Below are positions 1 through 9,543 of a DNA stretch of 64,000 bases, piece after piece; positions within the stretch are counted from its first letter, which is position 1, and every line of letters starts with the position of its first letter. The notes beneath the pieces are model-generated. The model saw only the letters and a program-made list of their open reading frames with translations, was not told where the DNA came from and did not search any database. The stretch is taken from the NCBI GenBank assembly GCA_048938385.1, contig JBHLMG010000001.1, positions 224,001 through 288,000 of the forward strand, given 5' to 3'. The DNA is from Promethearchaeota archaeon (GTDB lineage: Archaea; Asgardarchaeota; Hermodarchaeia; Hermodarchaeales; Hermodarchaeaceae). The position numbers were made by a program, and so were the translations under genes.

Positions 1-646
1 GACTAGCAGATTGGGCATTTGGACGAATATCCGTCCAATTCAATGGATTATAGGTGATTTGGTATTGGAGCGTTGTAGTTCCTGTCTCACTAAACCGTCC
101 ATTCAGTATCGCTGTGCCATATTGATCAGTTAGCAAATCGTATGAATCTGAATAGGGGAGTTGGGGGCATTGGACTGATCCAGCAATAACCATTGGATCG
201 GGCCATAAGGATAGTAAGGCAAAGGCTCCAGTGACAGTTGGATGTGTGATGTTTTGGGAAATTGTGTAAACTATTTCACTTCCTGGGGGCACCGGGTCGA
301 GAATGTGAGTTGTGTCGTTGCTTTTCTCCCAATCAGTCCCTAGGTATCGATCATAGGCAGTGTTGCGCCAGTACCGGGGTGGATCTGCAGGGGATACAAT
401 CGCAACCGTGAAGGTGGGATCAATCGACCAGTTGAGATCTAATGAGAAATCGTCGTAGGTGATGTTGTCCATGAAGGTGCCCTCATCGCCTTCAACGGTG
501 ACACCGGATCCCCAGTCTGGAATGTTATCAAACGGTCGCTGTCGGGGGATCGGGGGTAAAAAGAGTAGTGGCCAAAGAAAGCTTAGAATTAGGAATAGAA
601 TTACAATTAGAGAAATAGCCGCTAGAATTGACCGCTTGGAAACCAA
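1..646 (-). CDS. Membrane-anchored TgpA/DUF3488-like (transglutaminase-associated) protein, 5' part only (runs off window)
   Basis: Not in ORF track. Hand translation from TTG 646: MVSKRSILAAISLIVILFLILSFLWPLL (TM/signal) ... PPRYWRNTAYDRYLGTDW, the YWRxxxYDxYxGxxW motif of TgpA N-terminal regions; open to position 1. Confidence 0.7.
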   Translation of the reverse strand, partial: MVSKRSILAAISLIVILFLILSFLWPLLFLPPIPRQRPFDNIPDWGSGVTVEGDEGTFMDNITYDDFSLDLNWSIDPTFTVAIVSPADPPRYWRNTAYDRYLGTDWEKSNDTTHILDPVPPGSEIVYTISQNITHPTVTGAFALLSLWPDPMVIAGSVQCPQLPYSDSYDLLTDQYGTAILNGRFSETGTTTLQYQITYNPLNWTDIRPNAQSAS

Positions 647-887
647 GAAACGCCACCAACTCTTACAAACATAATACTAACAAAAACTTTGCTAGTTTTT
701 TTATAAACCTGGAAAATTTTGCAGTTTTTTGACAATCACCTAATGTTTTTCTACCAATGAAAAGATAGCTTGTTGTCACACATCCACACCTTATCCTAGA
801 GGTGTTTGTCTGCAAAATCTATGGCGAGACCTATACCAGCGTGCTGATGCTCAGCACCCAGCAGCAACGACTGATGCTGAACTCCGC

Positions 888-1523
888 TTGACAGGTTTAA
901 TGACCTCACCTGACCCAGAGATTGCGAAGGCAAAACTAGGTCAATATCTACAGGAAGCTGAACGGCTTCGCCAAAAAAACAAATTTACAGCAGCTCTAGT
1001 CGTCATTCTTGTTAGCAGTGAATACTATTGGCGAAAGCATCAACCAACCCGCGCCGCTGGTTTATTATTAGAAGCTTGCGATCTTTTCTTCTTGAAGTGT
1101 GATCTTGAGGCAAGTCAACAGTGCCTGAGTGCTGCTTTGGAATTGTTACGCATGAAACCAAACCTAACCTGGTGGGAAAGTGAACTGCTAGGCGACCTTT
1201 TTATTTTCATTGCCTGTGCAGCACTGTTGGATGATCCTTCTACTATTAGTCAGCGTTTAACTGCCTCACGAAATAAACTCTCTGCGAAGTTTCAGTCTCA
1301 AATCAGTCGCGAGGATGGATATCGTGTTGCTATCGCCCTACGACGGTCAGCTCAACGCAAGTCTTTGGCACCCTTAGAGGAGCTAGATTCGAAGGTTGCT
1401 TTACGAAGTCGGTCGAAGCACGCAACCTTAGATGAACATCTTTTTGGCTTGGCGGACCGGTATTCTCTCATTCAAGAGAGTCTAACGGCACTCCAAAACA
1501 GAATCGGACAGGAGACTCCCTAG
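888..1523 (+). CDS. Hypothetical all-helical (TPR/SNAP-like) protein
   Basis: 211-aa ORF with Ala/Leu-rich helical repeats; stop abuts thrC start. Confidence 0.6.
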   Translation: MTGLMTSPDPEIAKAKLGQYLQEAERLRQKNKFTAALVVILVSSEYYWRKHQPTRAAGLLLEACDLFFLKCDLEASQQCLSAALELLRMKPNLTWWESELLGDLFIFIACAALLDDPSTISQRLTASRNKLSAKFQSQISREDGYRVAIALRRSAQRKSLAPLEELDSKVALRSRSKHATLDEHLFGLADRYSLIQESLTALQNRIGQETP

Positions 1524-2795
1524 ATGTCTTATGTCAGCCATCTTCATTGCCCTAAGTGCGATACCCGCTATGACCTCGATGACAATCCCTTCACTTGCCA
1601 AACTCGTGATTGCAATGCACGGATTGATGTCCATTACGATTACACGCGTCTGAAAGAAGTTCTCTCAAAGAAAATTCTAGCCTCCCGTCCCTTGAGTGTT
1701 TGGAGTTATTTTGAACTACTTCCACTGATCAATCGGGATAAAATAATAAGCCTGGGGGAAGGAGGCACCCCTCTGCTCCAGAGTAAGCGCCTTGCTAAAG
1801 TTTTAGGCATCCGTGATTTGTATATTAAGGACGAAACACGAAATCCCACTTGGTCATTTAAAGATCGACCAATGACGGTGGGCGTTTCTAAGGCGAACGA
1901 ACAAGGTGCAAATACTCTAGCCTCAGCTAGTAGTGGTAACGCCGCTGCAGCCTTAGCTGCTTATTGCGCCAAAGCAGGGTTTGCCTGTTTCTGTTTTGTT
2001 CCGGACATCGCGCCCATGGGAAAAATCGCGCAGCTAATCCTATACGGGGCAACAGTCGTTCGCTTACGAGGATTGCACAAGGGGGACGATCCGACGGTCC
2101 AGTTGCTTCGTGAGGCTTGTTCTAGCTATGGATGGACACCTTGTCCCAGTTTTGGCCCCTTCAATCCCTATCAAGCTGAAGGCCCTAAAACCCTTGCTTA
2201 TGAAATCATTGAGCAATTTGACTGGAAATCTCCTGATGTTGCGTATGTGCAGGTCGGTGCAGGTGGACTCCTCGGAGGTCAATGGCGAGGGTTTACTGAT
2301 TTTTGGACCCTCGGACTAGTGAAGACACGACCACGAATGGTTGCAGTTCAGGCCACAGGATGTGCCCCTCTGGTTCAAGCCTTTCACACCAATCAAGACA
2401 TCTTCAACATCTTACCGTGTGCTTCTCCTCAAAGTGTTGCTGAAGGACTTTGTGATCCATTTCCTTGGGATGGTGATCTTGCTCTCACCGCAGTTCGAGA
2501 ATCTAAGGGAGTGGCCCTGGCAGTAAATGATGATGCTATATTGCATGCTCAGCAATTACTTGCTAAATATGAAGGAGTTTTTGCTGAACCTACGGGTGTA
2601 ACTGGTTTAGCAGGGCTAATTGATGCCCTTGAATCTGGCGAACAAGATCCTTCTGAAACTATCCTCGTCGAAGCAACGGGGGGTGGCTTGAAGGATCAAG
2701 ATGTCGTCATCGAACGCGTCGAAGCTCCCCCGGTCATCGACCCAGATTTATCCCAGCTCAAAGCTGTTATTCAAAGGCAAAAACACTCCAAGTGA
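1524..2795 (+). CDS. thrC: Threonine synthase family PLP enzyme
   Basis: N-terminal Cys zinc ribbon, LGEGGTPL, NPTWSFKDR (PLP Lys), ASSGNA, EG.KT, AEP. Confidence 0.85.
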   Translation: MSYVSHLHCPKCDTRYDLDDNPFTCQTRDCNARIDVHYDYTRLKEVLSKKILASRPLSVWSYFELLPLINRDKIISLGEGGTPLLQSKRLAKVLGIRDLYIKDETRNPTWSFKDRPMTVGVSKANEQGANTLASASSGNAAAALAAYCAKAGFACFCFVPDIAPMGKIAQLILYGATVVRLRGLHKGDDPTVQLLREACSSYGWTPCPSFGPFNPYQAEGPKTLAYEIIEQFDWKSPDVAYVQVGAGGLLGGQWRGFTDFWTLGLVKTRPRMVAVQATGCAPLVQAFHTNQDIFNILPCASPQSVAEGLCDPFPWDGDLALTAVRESKGVALAVNDDAILHAQQLLAKYEGVFAEPTGVTGLAGLIDALESGEQDPSETILVEATGGGLKDQDVVIERVEAPPVIDPDLSQLKAVIQRQKHSK

Positions 2796-2859
2796 TGCGA
2801 TATAGAAACACAGTTAAACGACTCTGTCCCTGAAGCCTCCCAAAAAGGAGCGACTCTCT

Positions 2860-4686
2860 GTGTGTGGGATATTCGCAATTACGAGTAACCGGCGTAACGA
2901 CATCGGCGAAATCCTAGTAGAATGTGCTGAAAAACTCACATACCGTGGATATGACACCGTAGGTGTAGCAACCGTATATAACCACCAGATTCATCTCCGA
3001 AAGGACAAAGGGAAATTCAATGAAGTTGCCGCGAAGCTCCGACTACATGAGATGCGTGGTTCAAAAGGCATCGCGCAACTCCGTTGGGCTACTTTTGGCG
3101 CACCAAGTAAACTCAATGCTCAACCGCATTTAGACTGTGATGAAGATCTCTGTGCAGCTCACAATGGAAACATCTTAAATTTTCTCCCACTCAGAGAGCA
3201 GTATACGCGCGAGGGACACACCGTTCGTAGTATGAACGACGGGGAAATATGTGTTCACGCAGTAGAACAATACTACGACCAAACTGGGGATATGATAGAC
3301 GCTATCCAGAAGGGATGTAGCGACCTGAAAGGGGATTACGCGTTTGCCGTTATGCACCGTGATGACGAGAAAGTCTATGCTGTGAAAATGGGATCGAGTC
3401 TCTTCGCAGGAATTGGCGAAGGAGAAACTTGTGTTAGCAGCGATTTACCCAGCATATTACCTGTGACTCGAAAAATCATTAATGTCCATGATGGTGAAAT
3501 GGTCATCTTAACACCGGAGTCGATACAACTTCGTCGGATAAGTGATGGCGTTATCATTGAAAGAGATCCCTATATCTCCGATGCGGATATTCGTGTTGCT
3601 CAAAAGGGCGGTTATCCCCACTTCATGTTAAAGGAAATCCATGAGCAAATCAGTACTACACGAACATTGTTCAGCGCTATCCGAGAGCCATACATTACCC
3701 AGTTTGTAGACGCCCTTATTGACGCTAGGCGCCTCTTTTTTGTTGCCTGCGGATCCAGCTATCATGCCACCATTGTTGGAAGCTATTATCTTGACGACTT
3801 GGCTAACATTGCGGCAATCCCTGTCATAGGGGGGCAATTCAACGCGATCTATGGTAACTCTATTGGAGAAGGGGACCTCGTTGTTTGTGTTAGTCAAAGT
3901 GGCGAGACTAAAGATGTCATCGATGTAGTCCATCATTGTCGGAAACACGGAGCAAAAATTCTAAGCGTTGTAAATGTCCTTGGCTCGACTCTCACACACC
4001 TAAGCGATCTTTATCTCCCTATGGGATCGGGGTTTGAAATTAGCGTTCCAGCAACTAAAACTTACACCAGTCAGGTAACTCTCTTTTGTTATCTCGCGGC
4101 ACTGGCGGGACAGAAACGAGGAACATTGTCAGGGGACAACGCGAACACCATCATCTCTGATTTAAAAACTCGCTTACCTGCACTCATTGAAGAAACGATT
4201 TCTACAACAACCCTTAAGGCACGCGCCTTGGCTCCCTACCTTTCACGATACCCCCACTTCTATGTTCTTGGTTATGGTGTCACTCATGGTGTAGCGTTAG
4301 AAGGCGCACTCAAAATTAAAGAGGTCTGTTATATTGTTGCTGATGGAATGTACTCAAGTGAATTCAAACATGGTCCGCTCAGCATTGTCGAAGAAGGGTA
4401 CCCGATCGTATTCACCATTGCACCCGATGACGCAGAACATTTGGTGAACCATCTAGCGGAAGTTGAATGTCGCGGGGCACGAGTCATTATCACAGCTGAA
4501 AAAAATTCGCTCCTCAGCCGCTATGCGAAAGACGAAGACTTACTCCTAGTCCCCCAGTCAAGCCAGTATCTAAGCCCAATTCTCCAAGCTATACCGCTAC
4601 AGCTCATGGCTTATCATCTTGCCACATACAAGAATATCGATCCAGATTACCCTCGGAATATTAGTAAGACCTTGACCGTGCGATAG
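2860..4686 (+). CDS. glmS: Glutamine-fructose-6-phosphate transaminase
   Basis: MCGI N-terminal nucleophile, RWAT, HNG, SQSGET, EFKHGP, PRNISKTLTV. Confidence 0.95.
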   Translation: MCGIFAITSNRRNDIGEILVECAEKLTYRGYDTVGVATVYNHQIHLRKDKGKFNEVAAKLRLHEMRGSKGIAQLRWATFGAPSKLNAQPHLDCDEDLCAAHNGNILNFLPLREQYTREGHTVRSMNDGEICVHAVEQYYDQTGDMIDAIQKGCSDLKGDYAFAVMHRDDEKVYAVKMGSSLFAGIGEGETCVSSDLPSILPVTRKIINVHDGEMVILTPESIQLRRISDGVIIERDPYISDADIRVAQKGGYPHFMLKEIHEQISTTRTLFSAIREPYITQFVDALIDARRLFFVACGSSYHATIVGSYYLDDLANIAAIPVIGGQFNAIYGNSIGEGDLVVCVSQSGETKDVIDVVHHCRKHGAKILSVVNVLGSTLTHLSDLYLPMGSGFEISVPATKTYTSQVTLFCYLAALAGQKRGTLSGDNANTIISDLKTRLPALIEETISTTTLKARALAPYLSRYPHFYVLGYGVTHGVALEGALKIKEVCYIVADGMYSSEFKHGPLSIVEEGYPIVFTIAPDDAEHLVNHLAEVECRGARVIITAEKNSLLSRYAKDEDLLLVPQSSQYLSPILQAIPLQLMAYHLATYKNIDPDYPRNISKTLTVR

Positions 4687-4714
4687 CTTGGAACCCTTTC
4701 TTTGCATTTACGAT

Positions 4715-5485
4715 TTACACTTGATAGGCCTGTTCTAAATGCAAAAATTTCAGTGCATTGTTAGTTGTTGTAGTAGCAACTACCTCGGTCGTTGTTCCTT
4801 TGAGTTCTGCAATTTTTGTAGCAGCGTGTGGAAGGTTGGATGGCTCATTTGTTTGCCCAGGGACAGGCGATAAATAGGGCGCGTCAGTTTCTAAGAGCAT
4901 ATTCGCTAAAGGCATTGCAGTTGCAATATTCTGCATTCGTTTCCGCGTAACTACGCTTGTGGGAACACTCATGAAGAACCTTTCATCTGCTGCTTGTTGT
5001 ACAAATTCAGGCGCATTAAAACAATGTAACTGGACATCATACATTTTTTCATCCTGTAATACTTGCATTGCATCTGCTTCTGCTTCACGAGAGTGTACAA
5101 CAAGCGGTAGATTCAATTCATCAGCGAGATGAATGAATTCAATAAACGCGGTTTTCTGGTATTCTCGTTCTTTTGAATCCTTAACCCAGTAATAATCTAA
5201 CCCCACTTCCCCAATTGCTACAATTTCTTCTGAATGGTCATAGATGGCCTGAACAGTAAGCTTCACCATCCGGGGTGTTGCTCTGGGAGGGTGAAGCCCA
5301 AAGGTGGGCCAGATGAACCCAGGAAATCGTTTTTGCAAAGCCAACGCTTTTGGAAAGAACTTAGGCTCGATGGCACTTATAACGACTCCAATAACACCTG
5401 CCTGTTTCGCCCGACGAATGACAGCTTCGGCTTTGGGATAAAGTCGAGGCATCTCTAAATGTGAGTGGGTATCAAAAAACTCCAA
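4715..5485 (-). CDS. tatD: TatD family hydrolase
   Basis: DTHSHL, GLHP, IGEVGLDY, HSRE, HCF, ETDAPY; start trimmed to the TTG just before FFDTHSH. Confidence 0.9.
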   Translation of the reverse strand: MEFFDTHSHLEMPRLYPKAEAVIRRAKQAGVIGVVISAIEPKFFPKALALQKRFPGFIWPTFGLHPPRATPRMVKLTVQAIYDHSEEIVAIGEVGLDYYWVKDSKEREYQKTAFIEFIHLADELNLPLVVHSREAEADAMQVLQDEKMYDVQLHCFNAPEFVQQAADERFFMSVPTSVVTRKRMQNIATAMPLANMLLETDAPYLSPVPGQTNEPSNLPHAATKIAELKGTTTEVVATTTTNNALKFLHLEQAYQV

Positions 5486-5577
5486 GATGTCATCCCTTCT
5501 TGATAGCGTCTCCTCGAAAGCTTCAAAAGGTTTTACCTCTACCGCTTCCACATAATTAGGAATTCAGGCTGATCAAA

Positions 5578-6597
5578 ATGGATCTCCGTGGCAAAGACAT
5601 GATAACCACTCAAGAATGGACTCGTGAAGAACTGGACGCGGTCTTAGACTTTTCCAAAGAACTGAAGCGGAAAACCAAGGCAGGAAAATCTCCACACCTG
5701 CTTTCTGACAAGACCTTCTTCATGTTGTTTTACAACACGAGTACACGGACGCGAGCTAGTTTTGAAGCCGCATTAACTGAACTGGGAGGACATGCTCAAT
5801 TTCTAGAACCTGGTGCAATGCGGCTAGGTGAAGGTGAAAGTGTTAAAGATACAGCCTGCACTCTTGCCAGGTATGGGCATGGCATAGGGATACGAATACT
5901 GGAAAAGGCAGTAGGTTATGTCTACGGTCGGGGAAACCAGGTTCTGAGGGACTATGCCAAATGGTCTGATATTCCCATTATCAACATGGCTGATGATAAG
6001 TTCCATCCTTGTCAATCTCTCACGGATCTCATGACTGTGCAAGAGAAGTTCCCAAAAATACAAGGAAAGAAATTCCTTTTTTCTTGGGCCTATAGCCGCC
6101 ATTCCCGTTCTTGGTGTAGCGTTCAGAGCGCTGTGCTCATCGCAGCCCGATTTGGGATGGATGTTACCCTTGCAAACCCCCCTGGTTTTGAACTGGACTC
6201 TGAGATCATGAATTGGTGCCGTCAAAACGCAAACGAATCTGGGGGTTCCTTTAATATCACCCACGATCTCAAGGAAGCCTATTCTGGCGCTCATGTAGTA
6301 TATCCCCGTTCATGGATGAGCTCAGAGTGTGCAGCTATGGGCATCGACAAATGGGGTGAAGACAGAGAAGCCCAGCTTCATGAACAGTACAGGGACTGGG
6401 TTTGCACATCGGAGCTAATGGATCTCGCTAACAAAGACGCAATCTTCATGCACTGTTTACCAGTCTTTCGTGGTGAAGAAGCTACAGATGAAGTTGTAGA
6501 CGGTTCCCAGAGCGTCATCTTCGACCAAGCCGAAAACCGTCTACATTTACAAAAAGGCTTACTGTCCCTGGTTATGGGTGATAAGAATCTCCTCTAA
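5578..6597 (+). CDS. Carbamoyltransferase, knotted YgeW-like (paralog 1)
   Basis: STRT, HPCQ, HCLP; SWAYS loop and YPRSW instead of the OTCase GDG.N/DxxxSMG motifs. Confidence 0.85.
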   Translation: MDLRGKDMITTQEWTREELDAVLDFSKELKRKTKAGKSPHLLSDKTFFMLFYNTSTRTRASFEAALTELGGHAQFLEPGAMRLGEGESVKDTACTLARYGHGIGIRILEKAVGYVYGRGNQVLRDYAKWSDIPIINMADDKFHPCQSLTDLMTVQEKFPKIQGKKFLFSWAYSRHSRSWCSVQSAVLIAARFGMDVTLANPPGFELDSEIMNWCRQNANESGGSFNITHDLKEAYSGAHVVYPRSWMSSECAAMGIDKWGEDREAQLHEQYRDWVCTSELMDLANKDAIFMHCLPVFRGEEATDEVVDGSQSVIFDQAENRLHLQKGLLSLVMGDKNLL

Positions 6598-6640
6598 ACC
6601 TCGGAATGCCACAGATAATGATGTCTTGATTAGTTAGAGG

Positions 6641-7714
6641 CTAGCGAGGCACTCCCATAATGGCGGCCATTATAGCTTTCTGAGCGTGTAGCCGATTCTC
6701 TGCCTCATCAAAGGCGATGCTCCATTTACCATCTAGCACTTCATCAGTGACTTCAAAGCCCCGATCTGCAGGTAAGCAATGCATATACTTGACTCCCTTT
6801 GAGCCCAATTCCATTTTCGCTGCGTCAGTTATCCAGTGCTTATTGGCATCAAAGAGCTTTTGACAGCCTTCCCAATCCTCTGCAGGCGCGATGGGTGGAA
6901 TGTGGTGTTTACTGGTCCAGCATTTAGGATATACGAAATGAGCACCTGTAAAGGCTTCTTCCATGTCATTCGTTATCTCAAAGGACCCCCCATACTCGGC
7001 GACATTTTTCTCGCACATCTCTAGGATTTTGGGGTCCAGTTCAAATCCTTTTGGATGGGCAAGAATGGTGTCCATCCCCCATTTAGTTCCCATCAACACG
7101 CCACTTTGGGGGACAGCTAGGGGTTTCTGCGTGCTTGGGCTATATGCCCAACTCATCACGAATTTCTTCCCCGTTACCTTTGGGGTGTGTTCTTGTATGG
7201 CCTGCATGTCGGCCATAGCTTGACAGGGATGGTAGACATCGTCTTCCATATTGATAATGGGAATATCAGACCATTTGGCAAATTCACGAAGTATCCGGTG
7301 GCCTCGTCCGTATATCCATTTGGCGTGGGATCCGTAGATGCGGATGGCAATGGCATCACCCATTCTAGCAAGGACTCGAGCCACATCTGAGATGCGTTCG
7401 CTCGAATAAGCTTCTTCGTCATCAGGTAAGGCTGGACGGTAGACATCTTGAGGCGAAAGGAAGTGTGCATGTCCGCCCATTTGGGTCATGCCCGCTTCAA
7501 AGGAGTTCCGTGTGCGTAGGGACCGATTGAAGAAGATCATAAACAGTGTTTGTCGATGTAAGTAATCGTGAGGTTTTCGCGCTTTTTGCAGCCTCTTTAA
7601 CTCGATAGCGGCATCGATGAGGGTTTGCAGCTCCTCCTGTGACCATTCTTGGATAGTCAACCAGTCACGACCATGGAATTTACCAACAATTTCAGTACCC
7701 ATACTTGGAGTCAC
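6641..7714 (-). CDS. Carbamoyltransferase, knotted YgeW-like (paralog 2)
   Basis: SLRT, HPCQ, HCLPAD; SWAYSPSTQKPLAVPQ closely resembles the YgeW loop WAYSPSYGKPLSVPQ; YPKCW. Confidence 0.88.
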   Translation of the reverse strand: MTPSMGTEIVGKFHGRDWLTIQEWSQEELQTLIDAAIELKRLQKARKPHDYLHRQTLFMIFFNRSLRTRNSFEAGMTQMGGHAHFLSPQDVYRPALPDDEEAYSSERISDVARVLARMGDAIAIRIYGSHAKWIYGRGHRILREFAKWSDIPIINMEDDVYHPCQAMADMQAIQEHTPKVTGKKFVMSWAYSPSTQKPLAVPQSGVLMGTKWGMDTILAHPKGFELDPKILEMCEKNVAEYGGSFEITNDMEEAFTGAHFVYPKCWTSKHHIPPIAPAEDWEGCQKLFDANKHWITDAAKMELGSKGVKYMHCLPADRGFEVTDEVLDGKWSIAFDEAENRLHAQKAIMAAIMGVPR

Positions 7715-7747
7715 CTCAATTCTTTGCGAAAAGAATAGGCAGCGGTA

Positions 7748-9139
7748 TTAATCTTTTTGCCATCGGCTTTGAATGTTGACTTGAGCTCGTTCGACTAATT
7801 TTTGTCCCCGTTCTTGTGCGGTCTCGATGATCTTTGCTTCATCCATAGTTAGTAATTTTCCCTCGTGAACCAGGATTTGTCCGTTAACAATAGTAGTATA
7901 GACGTTGGAACCATTTGCCGCATAGATTATGTTGCTGACAGGATTGTAGGTTGGTGCAAGATTCAACTGTTTTGGATCTACGAGGACAAGATCCGCTTTC
8001 TTTCCCTCTTCGATACTCCCTATGGCACGGTCAAGTCCCAAGGCCTTCGCGCCGTTGATAGTTGCCATTTCTAATACGGTTTCTGCAGGCATTGTCAACG
8101 GATTAAGGGTGCGAGCCTTATGAATGATGGCTGCTAGAAACATTTCACGAAACATATCATAGGCATTATTACTTGGTCCTCCATCACAACCTAAGCACAC
8201 ATTGATTCCTGCTTGCAGCATTTCTGGAATTGGTGCAATTCCCGAAGCTAGTTTTGAATTACTGGCGGGGCAATGGCACATGTGAGTTCCTGTGTTGACA
8301 TAAATCGGAAATTCCTGTGGACTGATCCAGACGCCATGTACTAAAACAACATTTTGACCCATCATTCCGACATCTAGGGCAAATTCTGCTGGAAGCTGAT
8401 TAAATTTGGATTTGGTATATTCCACATCCTCTTGCACTTCCCCCAGGTGCATAGTAATCCGCATGTGCCGGCTCCTCGCGAGGTCTGCCACACGCCGGTA
8501 CAGCTCGGGGCTTACTGCACCGGGTGTCCGTGCACCCCACCATATAAACACTCGTCCGTCTCCCGCGCCTTGCCACTTCTGATGCATTTCAAGTGTTTCT
8601 GAAATACACTCCTCTGGGTTTTCAATCATGCCTTCATACATAATAGACTCTTCATCAGCATAACCTGTCCAGTCCATGAAGAGTTTCGAAAGACATCCAC
8701 GAATTCCACTATTTTCGACCACCTGGGCGATGCCATCAAGACCATAACGTTTGTGGATCATGCTTTCAAGGAAGCTAGTAGTGCCTGATTTCAGCATTTC
8801 AGCGATGCAGAGTTGCGCACTAACCCGCCCATCTTCGGGTGTAAAGTTGCCTTGAAGCACCCAGACATAGTCACGAAGCCAAGGGATGAGATCAACATCA
8901 TCCGCAGTACCTCGAATGAGAGCTTGAGCTAGATGCACATGACAATCAATTAAGCCCGGAATGAGGATTTTTCCCTCTGCATGGATGCGTGTGTCGCCAG
9001 TGAATTTTTGCTTAATTTCTGCGGTTTTCCCAATGGCAATAATTCGTTGATCTTCTACAACAACAGCGCCATTTGAGATGATTCGGCGTTTGGGATCAAC
9101 CGTAATAATAGTAGCCCCGTCAATAATTAAATCGGCCAT
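7748..9139 (-). CDS. Amidohydrolase, MTA/SAH-deaminase / TRZ-ATZ family
   Basis: PGLIDCHVH, HLGE, HGV, HCPASNSKLASG, LGCDG, GSIEEGKKAD. Confidence 0.88.
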   Translation of the reverse strand: MADLIIDGATIITVDPKRRIISNGAVVVEDQRIIAIGKTAEIKQKFTGDTRIHAEGKILIPGLIDCHVHLAQALIRGTADDVDLIPWLRDYVWVLQGNFTPEDGRVSAQLCIAEMLKSGTTSFLESMIHKRYGLDGIAQVVENSGIRGCLSKLFMDWTGYADEESIMYEGMIENPEECISETLEMHQKWQGAGDGRVFIWWGARTPGAVSPELYRRVADLARSRHMRITMHLGEVQEDVEYTKSKFNQLPAEFALDVGMMGQNVVLVHGVWISPQEFPIYVNTGTHMCHCPASNSKLASGIAPIPEMLQAGINVCLGCDGGPSNNAYDMFREMFLAAIIHKARTLNPLTMPAETVLEMATINGAKALGLDRAIGSIEEGKKADLVLVDPKQLNLAPTYNPVSNIIYAANGSNVYTTIVNGQILVHEGKLLTMDEAKIIETAQERGQKLVERAQVNIQSRWQKD

Positions 9140-9261
9140 GGGTATCAACCTAGGGGCTAACTCTACTTTTTCCTATTAAGGGTTAGGTAGCCTTGAGGTT
9201 TTGTTAAACCAGCAATTTTTTTGAGTAGTTGAGCAATCCACCTAAGTGGAGTACATTGCTA

Positions 9262-9543
9262 ATGCAGGTTGTTGTTCGAACAATCGGACCATTTACTGAA
9301 ACTTTAGGCTTTCACCAGATTACTCTAGCCCTGAAAGGACATACTGTACAAGACCTCCTACAACAACTCTGTACAGAACGCGGAAAGGGATTCTGTAATG
9401 CAGTTTTTGATGAAAAGGGAAAACTCCGTCGTTATATCAAACTCCTTGTGAATGGGCGCGGGTTGCATGTGTTACAGGGATTGGATACACCATTATCCGA
9501 TGGGGATGTCATCGCAATATTTCCACCCGTCGCCGGAGGCTAA
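9262..9543 (+). CDS. MoaD/ThiS/SAMP ubiquitin-like sulfur carrier
   Basis: C-terminal IFPPVAGG; VNGR motif. Confidence 0.9.
   Translation: MQVVVRTIGPFTETLGFHQITLALKGHTVQDLLQQLCTERGKGFCNAVFDEKGKLRRYIKLLVNGRGLHVLQGLDTPLSDGDVIAIFPPVAGG

Noticed and set aside
22-33. 12-mer GACGAATATCCG shared with 51720-51731
   Set aside because: One copy is inside a CDS; 12-mer matches are expected by chance in 64 kb
1521-1526. In-frame TAG-ATG between ORF 888 and thrC (also top6B TAG-ACG-ATG top6A at 46912-46920) as possible pyrrolysine readthrough fusions
   Set aside because: Each downstream gene has its own RBS-like site and a complete N-terminus; many genes here end in TAG; no pyl genes in the window
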